NCBI GenBank assembly: GCA_012729095.1
Contig: JAAYDU010000052.1
Location: forward strand, 560 to 64,559
DNA: 64,000 bases
Direction of reading: 5' to 3'
From: Methanobacteriota archaeon
Lineage (GTDB): Archaea > Thermoplasmatota > Thermoplasmata > Methanomassiliicoccales > UBA472
Shown one piece after another: positions 25,654-34,906 of the stretch. How positions within the stretch are numbered: the first letter of the stretch is position 1; each line of letters starts with the position of its first letter. The position numbers and the translations under genes are program-made. The notes below the pieces were generated by a model, which was given only the letters and a program-made list of their open reading frames with translations, was not told the origin of the DNA and searched no databases.

Positions 25654-27786
25654 TCAGACCACGAAGATCACGGCGAAGACCAGGGTGATGGTCGACAGCA
25701 GCTTCACAAGCACGTGGAGCGAGGGACCGGCGGTATCCTTGAACGGATCCCCGACGGTGTCTCCCACGACGCCCGCGGCGTGCTGAGGCGTGCCCTTTAG
25801 ACCCTTGGACTCGATGTACTTCTTCGCGTTGTCCCATGCCCCTCCACCGTTGTTCAGGAAGAGGGCCATGAGCACACCGGCGATGGTGGCTACCATAAGG
25901 AAAGCCCCAACGCCCATGACGGCCATATCGTTGTTGTCAGGGTAGGCGAACCTCAGGATCAGACCGAGCGCCACAGGCACGACCACCGGCAGAATGCCGG
26001 GCAGGATCATGGCCTTAAGGGCGCCCTTGGTGCTGATGTCCACGCAGGTTGCGTAGTCCGGCTTTTCGGTACCGGCCAGAATGCCCGGCTTCTCCTTGAA
26101 CTGCCTGCGGACCTCGGCGATCATGTCACCGGCGGCCTTGCCCACAGCGCTGATCGCCAGCGAGGTGAACAGGTACACCAGCATCGCTCCGACCATGGCG
26201 GAGATGAAGACAACCGGCTGCAACAGGTCCACGGTGAAGCTGTCGTAGAAGACCAGGATGTCTATGCCGCGTATCTTGGCCACCTGCTCGAAGAACGCTC
26301 CGAACAGCAGGTAGGCGGCGAGGGCCGCGGCACCCATGGCATACCCCTTGGTCAGGGCCTTGGTGGTGTTGCCGATGGAGTCCAGGCGGTCTGTCCTGAC
26401 GCGGACCTCCTCAGGCTGACCGGACATCTCAACGATACCGCCGGCGTTGTCGGTGATGGGACCGAAGGTGTCCTCGGCCAGCACGAAGGCGCAGGTGGCG
26501 AGCATGCCCATGGTGGCAACGGCAGTGCCGTATAGACCATAGATGAACTCGTGAGCGGCGTCCGGCGAGGCCAGAACGCCGAGCTCGTACGAGGCTATCA
26601 GTGATATGGCGATGGCGAGAACCGACATCGCGGTGGTCTCCATACCGATGGAGATACCGGCGATGATGTTGGTGGCCGGGCCGGTCTCAGAGGCTTTGGC
26701 GATCTTCTTGACCGGGCGATACTCGCCAGCGGTGTAGTACTGGGTGATGTAGACTATCACTATGCTGAGAGCGATACCGATCATACCGCATACGAAGAAC
26801 AGGATCTCCCCGGCCAACATCTGGTCCACAGCTAAGTAGAACAGTATGGCGGCGATGACACATGTCACGTAGTACCCGCGGTTGATGGCCTTCATGGGGT
26901 TCTCGTCCTCGTTCCTCATCTTAACTGTCATGATCCCGACCAGACCGGCCAGCAGACCGAAGCCGCGGACCACCAGGGGGAACATGAACCAGCCGGGGTT
27001 TCCAGTACCGGCGAAGATGGCGATACCGAGGATCATTGCACCGATGTTCTCAGCGGCAGTGCTCTCGAAGAGGTCCGCACCACGTCCAGCGCAGTCTCCC
27101 ACGTTGTCGCCGACCAGGTCAGCGATGACGGCGGGGTTGCGCGGGTCGTCCTCGGGTATACCGGCCTCGACCTTTCCCACCAGGTCAGCGCCGACATCGG
27201 CGGCCTTGGTGTAGATACCGCCGCCCAACTGGGCGAACAGCGCGGCGAAGGAAGCCCCGAAGGCGTAGCCGACAGCCAGGAACAGAGCGTCCATGTACAG
27301 GTCTGCGGAGTTGGGGGCACCAACCGCCACATAGGCCTGGTAAACGAAGAATATCCCGGCGACCCCCAGAAGGCTCAAGGCCACCACGGCGATGCCGGAG
27401 ACGGCGCCGCCGCGGAAGGAGGTCAGGAGCGCCTCGTTCAAGGAGCGCCTGGCGGCGCTCGCGGTCCTTATGTTCGAGCTCACAGACACGTACATTCCGA
27501 TATATCCGGACAGGGCAGAGAAGAAAGCCCCGAGCAGGAACGCCACACCGGTCCACAGGTTTATCCCGATGGTGATCAGGATGCCCAATATGACACTGAT
27601 GATGGCGATCGTCTTGTACTGACGAGCGAGATAGGCCATGGCCCCCTCGCGGATAGCGTCGCTGATGGCTTTCATCTCAGGAGTACCAGTGTCCTTCTTG
27701 AGAATCCACCAGGTCAGGAATCCGGCGAAGAGGAGACCTATAATGCCCGCGATCGGTATTGTATAGTACAGAGGATCGTCTAACAT
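25654..27786 (-). CDS. hppA: Membrane-bound ion-translocating pyrophosphatase
   Basis: GDNVGDCAGRGADLFES, DNAGGIVEMS, GDTVGDPFKDTAGPSLHVL; 710 aa, polytopic. Confidence 0.95.
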   Translation of the reverse strand: MLDDPLYYTIPIAGIIGLLFAGFLTWWILKKDTGTPEMKAISDAIREGAMAYLARQYKTIAIISVILGILITIGINLWTGVAFLLGAFFSALSGYIGMYVSVSSNIRTASAARRSLNEALLTSFRGGAVSGIAVVALSLLGVAGIFFVYQAYVAVGAPNSADLYMDALFLAVGYAFGASFAALFAQLGGGIYTKAADVGADLVGKVEAGIPEDDPRNPAVIADLVGDNVGDCAGRGADLFESTAAENIGAMILGIAIFAGTGNPGWFMFPLVVRGFGLLAGLVGIMTVKMRNEDENPMKAINRGYYVTCVIAAILFYLAVDQMLAGEILFFVCGMIGIALSIVIVYITQYYTAGEYRPVKKIAKASETGPATNIIAGISIGMETTAMSVLAIAISLIASYELGVLASPDAAHEFIYGLYGTAVATMGMLATCAFVLAEDTFGPITDNAGGIVEMSGQPEEVRVRTDRLDSIGNTTKALTKGYAMGAAALAAYLLFGAFFEQVAKIRGIDILVFYDSFTVDLLQPVVFISAMVGAMLVYLFTSLAISAVGKAAGDMIAEVRRQFKEKPGILAGTEKPDYATCVDISTKGALKAMILPGILPVVVPVALGLILRFAYPDNNDMAVMGVGAFLMVATIAGVLMALFLNNGGGAWDNAKKYIESKGLKGTPQHAAGVVGDTVGDPFKDTAGPSLHVLVKLLSTITLVFAVIFVV

Positions 27787-27935
27787 TGAAAAGCCTCTTT
27801 AAATTCCAGCCTAAATACAGCTACCTATATAAATCGTTTAGGTATTTTCCAGACACGAAATTCGTAGTCTGGCATCGAAAAAGCTACGCTATGTCCAAAG
27901 GAAAGATGGATATCGGTGTCCGCACATGCCGGGGA

Positions 27936-28643
27936 TCAGAACCTGGCCTTGAGGACCACCAGTCCCTCCTTGCGCGATATGTCTATGGAATGCCTTCCCG
28001 AGCTGTGGGCGGTTCCGCGCATCTTCAGGACCTCCAGGTACTTTCGCCTGTCCCCATGCTCCTCGTTGAGCAGAAGGAGAACGATCCCGTCAACGGTATA
28101 GGCGATCTCGGGTGGATACAGTTCCCCGGGACGGACCTCTCCGGTGACCAGGGTGGTGGCGTTCCAGTGCTTGAGGCGATTGGCGAGGTCGAAGAGGAAG
28201 CTGCGGTAATCCTCCTTCAGCATCTCGCCGACCACGGATATGGGATCGATGACGATACGCTGGGGCATTATCTCCGCTATCTTCTGGTCCATTGCCTCCA
28301 GTATCTTGTCGCGGTCCCCGGACCTTATCAGGTCTCCAATATCGACGTAGACGATGTCCTTGTCGATGTACTCGGGCTTCATGAAGTTGAACTGGGAGGA
28401 GAAGCGCAGCATCCAATGCACAGGCTCGCTCAGCGTGGTAAAGAACAGCCCCCGCTCTCCTCGTGACACCCCCTGGCACAGGAACCGCAGGCAGAAGGTC
28501 GTCTTGCCGGTCCCTGTGGACCCGGCGACCAGTATGACCGACGGGAATGGAAAACCGTTCTCGATGAGCTCGTCCAAGCCAGGTATTCCAGACGGTATCC
28601 TTTCCATCTCCATCCCGTCTCCATTACCCTCTTTCATGATCAT
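27936..28643 (-). CDS. Single-domain KaiC-like RecA-superfamily ATPase
   Basis: IPSGIPGLDELIENGFPFPSVILVAGSTGTGKTTF (Walker A), RIVIDPIS (Walker B-like), LEVLKMRGTAHS. Confidence 0.85.
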   Translation of the reverse strand: MIMKEGNGDGMEMERIPSGIPGLDELIENGFPFPSVILVAGSTGTGKTTFCLRFLCQGVSRGERGLFFTTLSEPVHWMLRFSSQFNFMKPEYIDKDIVYVDIGDLIRSGDRDKILEAMDQKIAEIMPQRIVIDPISVVGEMLKEDYRSFLFDLANRLKHWNATTLVTGEVRPGELYPPEIAYTVDGIVLLLLNEEHGDRRKYLEVLKMRGTAHSSGRHSIDISRKEGLVVLKARF

Positions 28644-29287
28644 ATCCCTCCTCCTATCGGGCCACCCGTCCTCGCAACGTTCCTGTCGGGCGTCCCATCC
28701 CCCTGTAGTTCCAGCTTCAGTTCGATGCCTCCCAAAGAGAGTAACGTACGATAAAGTCCATGGTTCCTATTACGGTCCACGACAATGACCACGGCCATGT
28801 TCCCGGAGAGAAGGCGCACGAACTCGTCCAGGAACGCCTCGACCGCCTGACGGCTGTTGTACATGAGCAGGATGGAGACGTTGTCCACCAGCGTGAACTG
28901 CAGCGTTGATATGTCAAAGCCATTTACCGAGGCGGAACATGTGCTCAATACCCCGGGAAGCTCGTCGATATGGCTGGGACCGTTCAGGAAACCTACCCTC
29001 TCTCGGCATTCGCCGATACCCTGAGAGAACTGGGACACAGCGTCTATGAAGTTCAGTTGATCGCGGTCGATCCTGTGCATGTCCAGCAGGTGGACGATAT
29101 ACTGATGCGGCCGGTCGACCGAGATGAACAGGCCGGGGTTCCCCTTCCCGATTAGGGCTTTCAACAGCACCAGCTCGACGACGACGAACTGCGTGCTCGC
29201 CACGTTCAATATGTAGAGGCCCGGACGGGGGGTTTCCCCTATCTGCCGGCGAAGGTGCTCGCAATGGGAGAGGTCCCTGGTGTTCAT
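28640..29287 (-). CDS. KaiC/RecA-fold-like protein lacking a Walker A motif (probable inactive partner)
   Basis: 215-aa ORF, 4-nt overlap with the ATPase gene. Layout GLYILNV...GNPGLFISVDRP...NFIDAVS...LVDNVSILL mimics a KaiC-like core, but no GxxGxGK[ST] is present. Confidence 0.6.
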   Translation of the reverse strand: MNTRDLSHCEHLRRQIGETPRPGLYILNVASTQFVVVELVLLKALIGKGNPGLFISVDRPHQYIVHLLDMHRIDRDQLNFIDAVSQFSQGIGECRERVGFLNGPSHIDELPGVLSTCSASVNGFDISTLQFTLVDNVSILLMYNSRQAVEAFLDEFVRLLSGNMAVVIVVDRNRNHGLYRTLLSLGGIELKLELQGDGTPDRNVARTGGPIGGGI

Positions 29288-29422
29288 AGATGCCTTTTCG
29301 TAAAAAAAACCGAGCGTATAAAGCAGGTTGGTCAGCCAAATCGAATTTGATATTCAGAACGAAATCTGTGCTGGAACCCTTCTCATATTAAATATTTCCA
29401 AGCTCATTCGGGTGGGATTGCT

Positions 29423-30151
29423 TTGATAGGCGGTGACGCTCTCGGGCTCGTATTGGTCTACGCCTACGTGGGCGTCATGGTGGTGATCACCGAAAGGTCC
29501 CGCTTCCTGAGAGATCACTCCTTCCATCGCAAGTTCATTCACGTCATGATCGGCAACATCGCCCTTTTTTGGTGGGTGTTCGAAACCAATTACGTGATGT
29601 CATTGCTGGCCGCGGCGCCCTTCGTGCCGTTGCTGTTCGTGTTCTCGAAGTACGGGGGAAGGAGGGAAAGGAACGACAGCAAGCTCGTCGAGGGATTGAA
29701 AGGTTCCATACTCTCCACCGCATCTCACGACGGTCACAAGCTGGGACTTGTGTACTACGCCATATCCTGGACCATACTGGCGTTCTTCGCCTTCAACGAT
29801 CTTGTCATAGCGTCAGTGGGCATAGTCTGCATGGCCTACGGGGACGGTATGGGCGGCCTGGTGGGCAAGACATTCGGCAAGAGGAAGATACACGGCAACA
29901 AGACCCTGGAGGGCACCCTGGCCGTTTTCCTCTTCGCCGCTTTGGCCATATTCCTGATAATCAATTACTACAACCTGCTGTTCGATGCCGGGCTTTACGG
30001 GACAAGGACCGTTCCCATGGCCATCAGCGCCCTGGCCGCGCTTGGCCTGGGCGCCTACGTGGCGGTGGTGGAACTGTACACCCCTGGAGAATATGACAAC
30101 CTGGTCATTCCCCTGTCCACGGCACTGATAGTGTTGATGGCGGGTATCTGA
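29423..30151 (+). CDS. Dolichol/phytol kinase family (CTP-dependent polyprenol kinase-like) membrane protein
   Basis: Polytopic; CMAYGDGMGGLVGKTFGKRKI...NKTLEGTLA motif typical of the family. The track start is TTG; downstream starts are possible. Confidence 0.65.
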   Translation: MIGGDALGLVLVYAYVGVMVVITERSRFLRDHSFHRKFIHVMIGNIALFWWVFETNYVMSLLAAAPFVPLLFVFSKYGGRRERNDSKLVEGLKGSILSTASHDGHKLGLVYYAISWTILAFFAFNDLVIASVGIVCMAYGDGMGGLVGKTFGKRKIHGNKTLEGTLAVFLFAALAIFLIINYYNLLFDAGLYGTRTVPMAISALAALGLGAYVAVVELYTPGEYDNLVIPLSTALIVLMAGI

Positions 30152-30160
30152 GGCTTTGGA

Positions 30161-30739
30161 ATGGATCTGATAGTGGTGGACGGCATTGACGGTTCCGGGA
30201 AGAGCACGGTGGCCGAGTGGATGGCCGAGCATTACCGTTCCAGAGGGGAGAACGTGCTGGTGAGGGCGCACCCCTCAGAATCCCTCGTCGGCCGCCTCAG
30301 CCGACGTTCGCTGACCTCCGAAGGCAAGCTCATGCGCACCGTGGCCACGGTCTTCTTCATACTGGACGTCCTCAACTCCCTTCGGCTTCTTCGTGGATGG
30401 AAAGACCTTGACAAGGTCATCTTCGTGCGGTACGTCATGGCGACCGCCTACCTTCCAACGTCATTGTACCGGCAGGGCTACGATTTCTTCTGCAAGGTGC
30501 TGCCGATACCGGAACGGCTATTGCTTGTGGATGTCACCCCGGAATGCGCCCTACGCCGGATCGAGGAGAGGGAGCATGAGAGGGAGATGTTCGAGAACAT
30601 GGAGGCCTTGAAGAAGGTGCGTGCAAAGGTCTTAGACCTGGCCACCCACGGTTGGAAGGTGCTTGACAACTGCGGCCCGGTGGAGGGCACCAGGGCTCAG
30701 CTGGACGCGGTGCTGTCGGACTGGGACGATCTGAGCTGA
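30161..30739 (+). CDS. Thymidylate-kinase-like P-loop kinase (divergent)
   Basis: IVVDGIDGSGKSTVAEW P-loop of the dTMP-kinase type; the rest is divergent (VRY instead of DRY). Starts 9 nt after the polyprenol kinase-like gene. Confidence 0.55.
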   Translation: MDLIVVDGIDGSGKSTVAEWMAEHYRSRGENVLVRAHPSESLVGRLSRRSLTSEGKLMRTVATVFFILDVLNSLRLLRGWKDLDKVIFVRYVMATAYLPTSLYRQGYDFFCKVLPIPERLLLVDVTPECALRRIEEREHEREMFENMEALKKVRAKVLDLATHGWKVLDNCGPVEGTRAQLDAVLSDWDDLS

Positions 30740-31872
30740 TTTTTCAAAAGGTGGACCACCGGAAGGGCTGCGAAGGTCAGGACGAGGCCTGCCAGCAGTA
30801 CCGGTCCAAAGCCGTCGAAGGAGTAAATGGGCGCGAACACCAGGGGCGCCAGGGAGTACCCGAAGAAGCGGGAGCTGTTGAAGACCGATGATACCGTGCC
30901 CTTCAGGTCGGGAACTATCTCCACGGTTATGGTCAGCAGCGAGGCCCATATGAAGGCCGTCCCGGTGCCCAGCACCAGCAGGGACAGGGCGAAGTGCAGC
31001 CAGTCGGAGGAAGCGTACAGGAATGCCATGGACAGGCCTACAACTATGAAACCGATGGACGCGGTGAACTCGCGACCCCTGCCATCCACCATGCACCCTC
31101 CCAGGGGGGCGGCGAACATGCCCGCCACCCCGCTCATGCCCACCAGCAGCCCGATGGCCTCCTCGTCCAGGGACTGGGGCGGCAGCGACAGGTGGTCGGA
31201 AAGGAACCCTAGCGCTCCCATGTAGCACAGGAAGGTGAGGAAGCCAAGCAGACAGAGGGTGCCCACGCCCCTGCTTCGCACAGCGACCTTCACGTTGCTA
31301 GCGAGGTGCTTCAGCGCCTCGGTGTCTGGCCGGGACGCTGGGCAGGCGGTCCTTATCCAGAAATTGACGCCGATCGCCAGGACCGCCACCAGCACGAACA
31401 TCCACCTCCAGTCATATGGGGCCAGGAAGCCGGCTATCATGGGTCCGGTGGCGATGCCCGCTGTGGTGAACGCCCCGAAGTATCCCATGACCCTGCCCCT
31501 CTCGCTGGGCGGGGTCATGTCCCCCAGGACCGCCAGGAGCACGGGGTTCACGAAGGCGTATCCTATGCCCTGCACCGAGCGGGAAAGGTAGAAGGCGGTG
31601 AGGCTGGGGCTGAGAACGCAGAGAATGCAGCCAAGGACGTATATGGAAAAGCCGATGGATAGCATCCTTCGACGGCCGTACACGTCGGATACCGTGCCCG
31701 AGAACAGGTTGAAGAAGGCGAAGGGGAGCATGAAGAAGGTTATGGACACCAGTATCTCCTCGGCACTGGCCCCGAAGTCCGTCTTGAGAACGGGTATCAT
31801 GGCAAGGACGGCGTTCCCCGACAGAGGACCGATGTAACCGCCGCTCAGCACTGCCAGGCGTTTGAGGTCCAT
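30697..31872 (-). CDS. MFS transporter
   Basis: 391 aa, 12 TM-like segments, GTVSDVYGRRRM loop. Its 3' end overlaps the convergent 30161..30739 gene by 43 nt. Confidence 0.8.
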   Translation of the reverse strand: MDLKRLAVLSGGYIGPLSGNAVLAMIPVLKTDFGASAEEILVSITFFMLPFAFFNLFSGTVSDVYGRRRMLSIGFSIYVLGCILCVLSPSLTAFYLSRSVQGIGYAFVNPVLLAVLGDMTPPSERGRVMGYFGAFTTAGIATGPMIAGFLAPYDWRWMFVLVAVLAIGVNFWIRTACPASRPDTEALKHLASNVKVAVRSRGVGTLCLLGFLTFLCYMGALGFLSDHLSLPPQSLDEEAIGLLVGMSGVAGMFAAPLGGCMVDGRGREFTASIGFIVVGLSMAFLYASSDWLHFALSLLVLGTGTAFIWASLLTITVEIVPDLKGTVSSVFNSSRFFGYSLAPLVFAPIYSFDGFGPVLLAGLVLTFAALPVVHLLKNQLRSSQSDSTASS

Positions 31873-31976
31873 TGCCAGGGAAAGGCATTATATCGATATT
31901 AAGGACTTGGTCCGTGCGAGCGAAGGCGGCCGAGGCAATATATTTCTAGGCGCTGAGGATAGGAGGGGCGATAACA

Positions 31977-32909
31977 ATGGAAGAGAGAGCGGTACGTGAC
32001 ATCAAGGTCACCGAGGGCATGACAGTGGACCAGATGGTCCGGGCCATGTCCGACTCCGGCGGGTTCACCGCCAAGAAGCTGGCGGACGCCATAGATATCG
32101 TGGAGAAGATGGTGAGGGACGATAGGTGCCTGACCTTCCTCTCCTTTCCGGCCTGCATAATGGCCACTGGCACCCGGGGGGTGATCGTCGAGCTCGTGAA
32201 ACGGAAGCTGGTCGATGTGGTGATCACCACCTGCGGAACGCTGGACCACGACCTCGCCCGCTCCTGGAAGGACTATTATCACGGCGATTTCGCCATGAAC
32301 GACGCCGAGCTGCGCGAGGAGGGCATCAACCGGCTCGGCAACGTGCTTGTTCCGGACGAGAGCTACGGCCTTGTGCTGGAAGAGAGGCTGATCCCCATGT
32401 TCGAGGAGATCTTGGCCGGGAAGGACTCCATCTCCACCCATGAGATCATCGACCAGGTGGGCGCCCGCCTTGACAACGAGGGTTCCCTGCTTTACTGGGC
32501 GCACAGGAACGGCGTTCCGATCATCGTCCCGGGGATCACCGACGGGTCGTTCGGAAGCCAGCTGTGGATGTACTGGCAGACCCACCGGGATCTTAAGATC
32601 GACCTTTTCGAGGACGAGCAGACCCTGTCCGGCATGGTGTTCCGTGCCGAGGTCAGCGGGGCCCTGATCATCGGCGGAGGGATATCGAAACATCACGTCA
32701 TCTGGTGGAACCAGTTCCGCGGCGGCCTCGATTACGCCGTGTACATGACAACCGCGACGGAGTACGATGGCTCGCTCAGCGGCGCGCAGGTCCGGGAGGC
32801 CATATCCTGGGGCAAGGTGCGCGAGAACGCCTGGCAGGTGAACGTTGAAGGGGACGCCACGATCACCCTTCCCCTTCTGGTGGCCTCACTGGCAGAGCGA
32901 TTGAAATGA
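31977..32909 (+). CDS. dys: Deoxyhypusine synthase
   Basis: FLSFPACIMATGTRG, ITTCGTLDHD, IGGGISKHH; 310 aa. Confidence 0.92.
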   Translation: MEERAVRDIKVTEGMTVDQMVRAMSDSGGFTAKKLADAIDIVEKMVRDDRCLTFLSFPACIMATGTRGVIVELVKRKLVDVVITTCGTLDHDLARSWKDYYHGDFAMNDAELREEGINRLGNVLVPDESYGLVLEERLIPMFEEILAGKDSISTHEIIDQVGARLDNEGSLLYWAHRNGVPIIVPGITDGSFGSQLWMYWQTHRDLKIDLFEDEQTLSGMVFRAEVSGALIIGGGISKHHVIWWNQFRGGLDYAVYMTTATEYDGSLSGAQVREAISWGKVRENAWQVNVEGDATITLPLLVASLAERLK

Positions 32910-33904
32910 CCCGAGTGGCCGTCATGGGCGGGGACGGTATCGGCCCCGAGGTGGTGGGCGCCACCATGCGCATCCTGGAACAGATGGACCTGGGGCTGGA
33001 GTTCGTCAAGGCGCACATGGGGCTTACCTGCTTCCAGAGGACCGGTGAGTACCTTCCGGAGCAGACCCTGAGGACCCTGGAATCCTCCAAGGCCGTGCTT
33101 TTCGGCGCCATAACATCGCCGGTAGCCCCGGACCCCTGCTACAGCTCGCCGCTGCTTCAGCTGCGCAGGCATTTCGATCTCTACGCCAACATCCGCCCCT
33201 GCTTCCCCATACTCCCGGAGTTCAAGGTCACCGACCTGAACGCCGTGATCGTAAGGGAGAACACCGAGGGCATGTACACCGGCCGGGAAAGGGAGGAGAA
33301 CGGAACGGTCATCCTGGAGAGGATAGTGAGCGAGAAAGGCTGCCGCCGCATCGTGGAGAAGGCGATCAAGGTATCCAGGGTGATGGGGCTCAACAGGATA
33401 ACCTGCGTGCACAAGGCGAACGTCCTCAGGAAATCGGACGGACTTTTCCGCCGGGTGTTCTACGAGGTCATGAAGGACACCGGCCTGGAGGCTGACGATA
33501 TTATTGTGGACGCGGCAGCGGCGGCCATGATATCCAGGCCAAAGCAGTTCCAGTGCATAGTCACCCTCAACCTGTATGGGGACATTCTCTCCGATGAGGC
33601 GGCCGCGCTGGCTGGAGGTTTGGGACTGGCACCCTCAGCCAACCTGAGCGATCACTTCGGACTGTTCGAGCCGGTGCACGGAAGCGCCCCGGACATAGCC
33701 GGGAAGGGGATAGCGAACCCGTCGGCGACCATACTGTCGGCCGTTCTGATGCTGGAGTTCCTGAAGAAGATGGATGCCGCCAGCCGGCTGCATTCCGCCC
33801 TGGTGCAGACCCTGACGGAGGGCGATCGCACCAGGGACCTGGGAGGGAAGCTGGGTACCGTGGAGTTCGCCGACAAGGTCGCGGAGAGGCTGACCAGGCA
33901 CTGA
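32906..33904 (+). CDS. Isocitrate/isopropylmalate/homoisocitrate dehydrogenase family protein
   Basis: GGDGIGPEV, RENTEGMYTG, NLYGDILSDEAAALAGGLGLAPSANL, HGSAPDIAGKGIANP. Substrate not assignable by eye. ATGA overlap with dys. Confidence 0.85.
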   Translation: MTRVAVMGGDGIGPEVVGATMRILEQMDLGLEFVKAHMGLTCFQRTGEYLPEQTLRTLESSKAVLFGAITSPVAPDPCYSSPLLQLRRHFDLYANIRPCFPILPEFKVTDLNAVIVRENTEGMYTGREREENGTVILERIVSEKGCRRIVEKAIKVSRVMGLNRITCVHKANVLRKSDGLFRRVFYEVMKDTGLEADDIIVDAAAAAMISRPKQFQCIVTLNLYGDILSDEAAALAGGLGLAPSANLSDHFGLFEPVHGSAPDIAGKGIANPSATILSAVLMLEFLKKMDAASRLHSALVQTLTEGDRTRDLGGKLGTVEFADKVAERLTRH

Positions 33905-33946
33905 GCGGAAACAGTTATTTCTACCGTCCGCGCGAATCCCGATTTC

Positions 33947-34750
33947 ATGAGCGCGGAGCTGAGGCGGAAGATAGTCGACAGGTGCCGGGAGTGGGGCGTG
34001 GAGATGGTGGGGTTCGCCTCGGCGGACGATTGGGACGAGCCCCCCTTCGAACCTTGGCCCCCGGAGCAGTTCAGACCCAAGGCCATATTCCCCGGTTGCC
34101 GAACGGTCGTCGTGATGGCCCTCCCGGTGACCCTGCCCATACTGGAGACCTCGCCCTCCATTTGGTACCAGGAACTGTACAGGAACCTTAACGCCCAGCT
34201 TGACGAGAGGGCCTATCAGCTCTCCCAGTTCCTTAACGGCCTTGGTCACGCCTCCGCCTACGTGCCGCGGGACGGCTACGGGTCCGTGGAGGTGCTTGTC
34301 GACAACCCCTATGCATTCTTCTCGCACCGGCACGCCGCGTACCTGGCCGGGCTGGGAACGTTCGGCCTCAACAACATGCTGCTGACGAAGGAGTATGGAC
34401 CGCGGGCGCGTCTCGTCTCGGTGTTCACCACCGCGGAGATGCCCGCCGACCGACCGATGGAGAAGGGGCTTTGCGTGCGCTGCAACCGCTGCATCGAGGC
34501 ATGCCCGGTACAGGCCATAGGTGACGTCGATTATCCCGAGGCGTCCATCGATAAAAGGAAATGCTCGGGGCGCAGCCTGGAGCTCAAGAAGGCGTATCGC
34601 TCGCCCTGCGGCATATGCATAAAGGTCTGCCCGGTGGGGGAGGACCGCAAGCTGTACGGGCGTAAGGACATGGGGCTGTACGACGGTCCGGAAAAGGACC
34701 CCGATCTTTTCAAAGCCTGGGAGCACGTGCGCAGGTATGGAAGCCGGTAG
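33947..34750 (+). CDS. 4Fe-4S cluster protein, epoxyqueuosine reductase (QueG)/reductive-dehalogenase-like
   Basis: CVRCNRCIEACP and CGICIKVCP ferredoxin motifs; the N-terminal domain resembles QueG-like proteins. Confidence 0.6.
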   Translation: MSAELRRKIVDRCREWGVEMVGFASADDWDEPPFEPWPPEQFRPKAIFPGCRTVVVMALPVTLPILETSPSIWYQELYRNLNAQLDERAYQLSQFLNGLGHASAYVPRDGYGSVEVLVDNPYAFFSHRHAAYLAGLGTFGLNNMLLTKEYGPRARLVSVFTTAEMPADRPMEKGLCVRCNRCIEACPVQAIGDVDYPEASIDKRKCSGRSLELKKAYRSPCGICIKVCPVGEDRKLYGRKDMGLYDGPEKDPDLFKAWEHVRRYGSR

Positions 34751-34906
34751 GACTCCCATAGCAAGCATTAAGTCCTGACCGGGGCAAGTGATTCATAACG
34801 GGGGGTTATTCACGAGGACCGCCGAGGCGACCCTGCGCCCTATGCGCTAGCGCTACCTTCGACTTCTCCAACGCCATCCCAACCCTTCGCCAGGGGGAAG
34901 GATACG

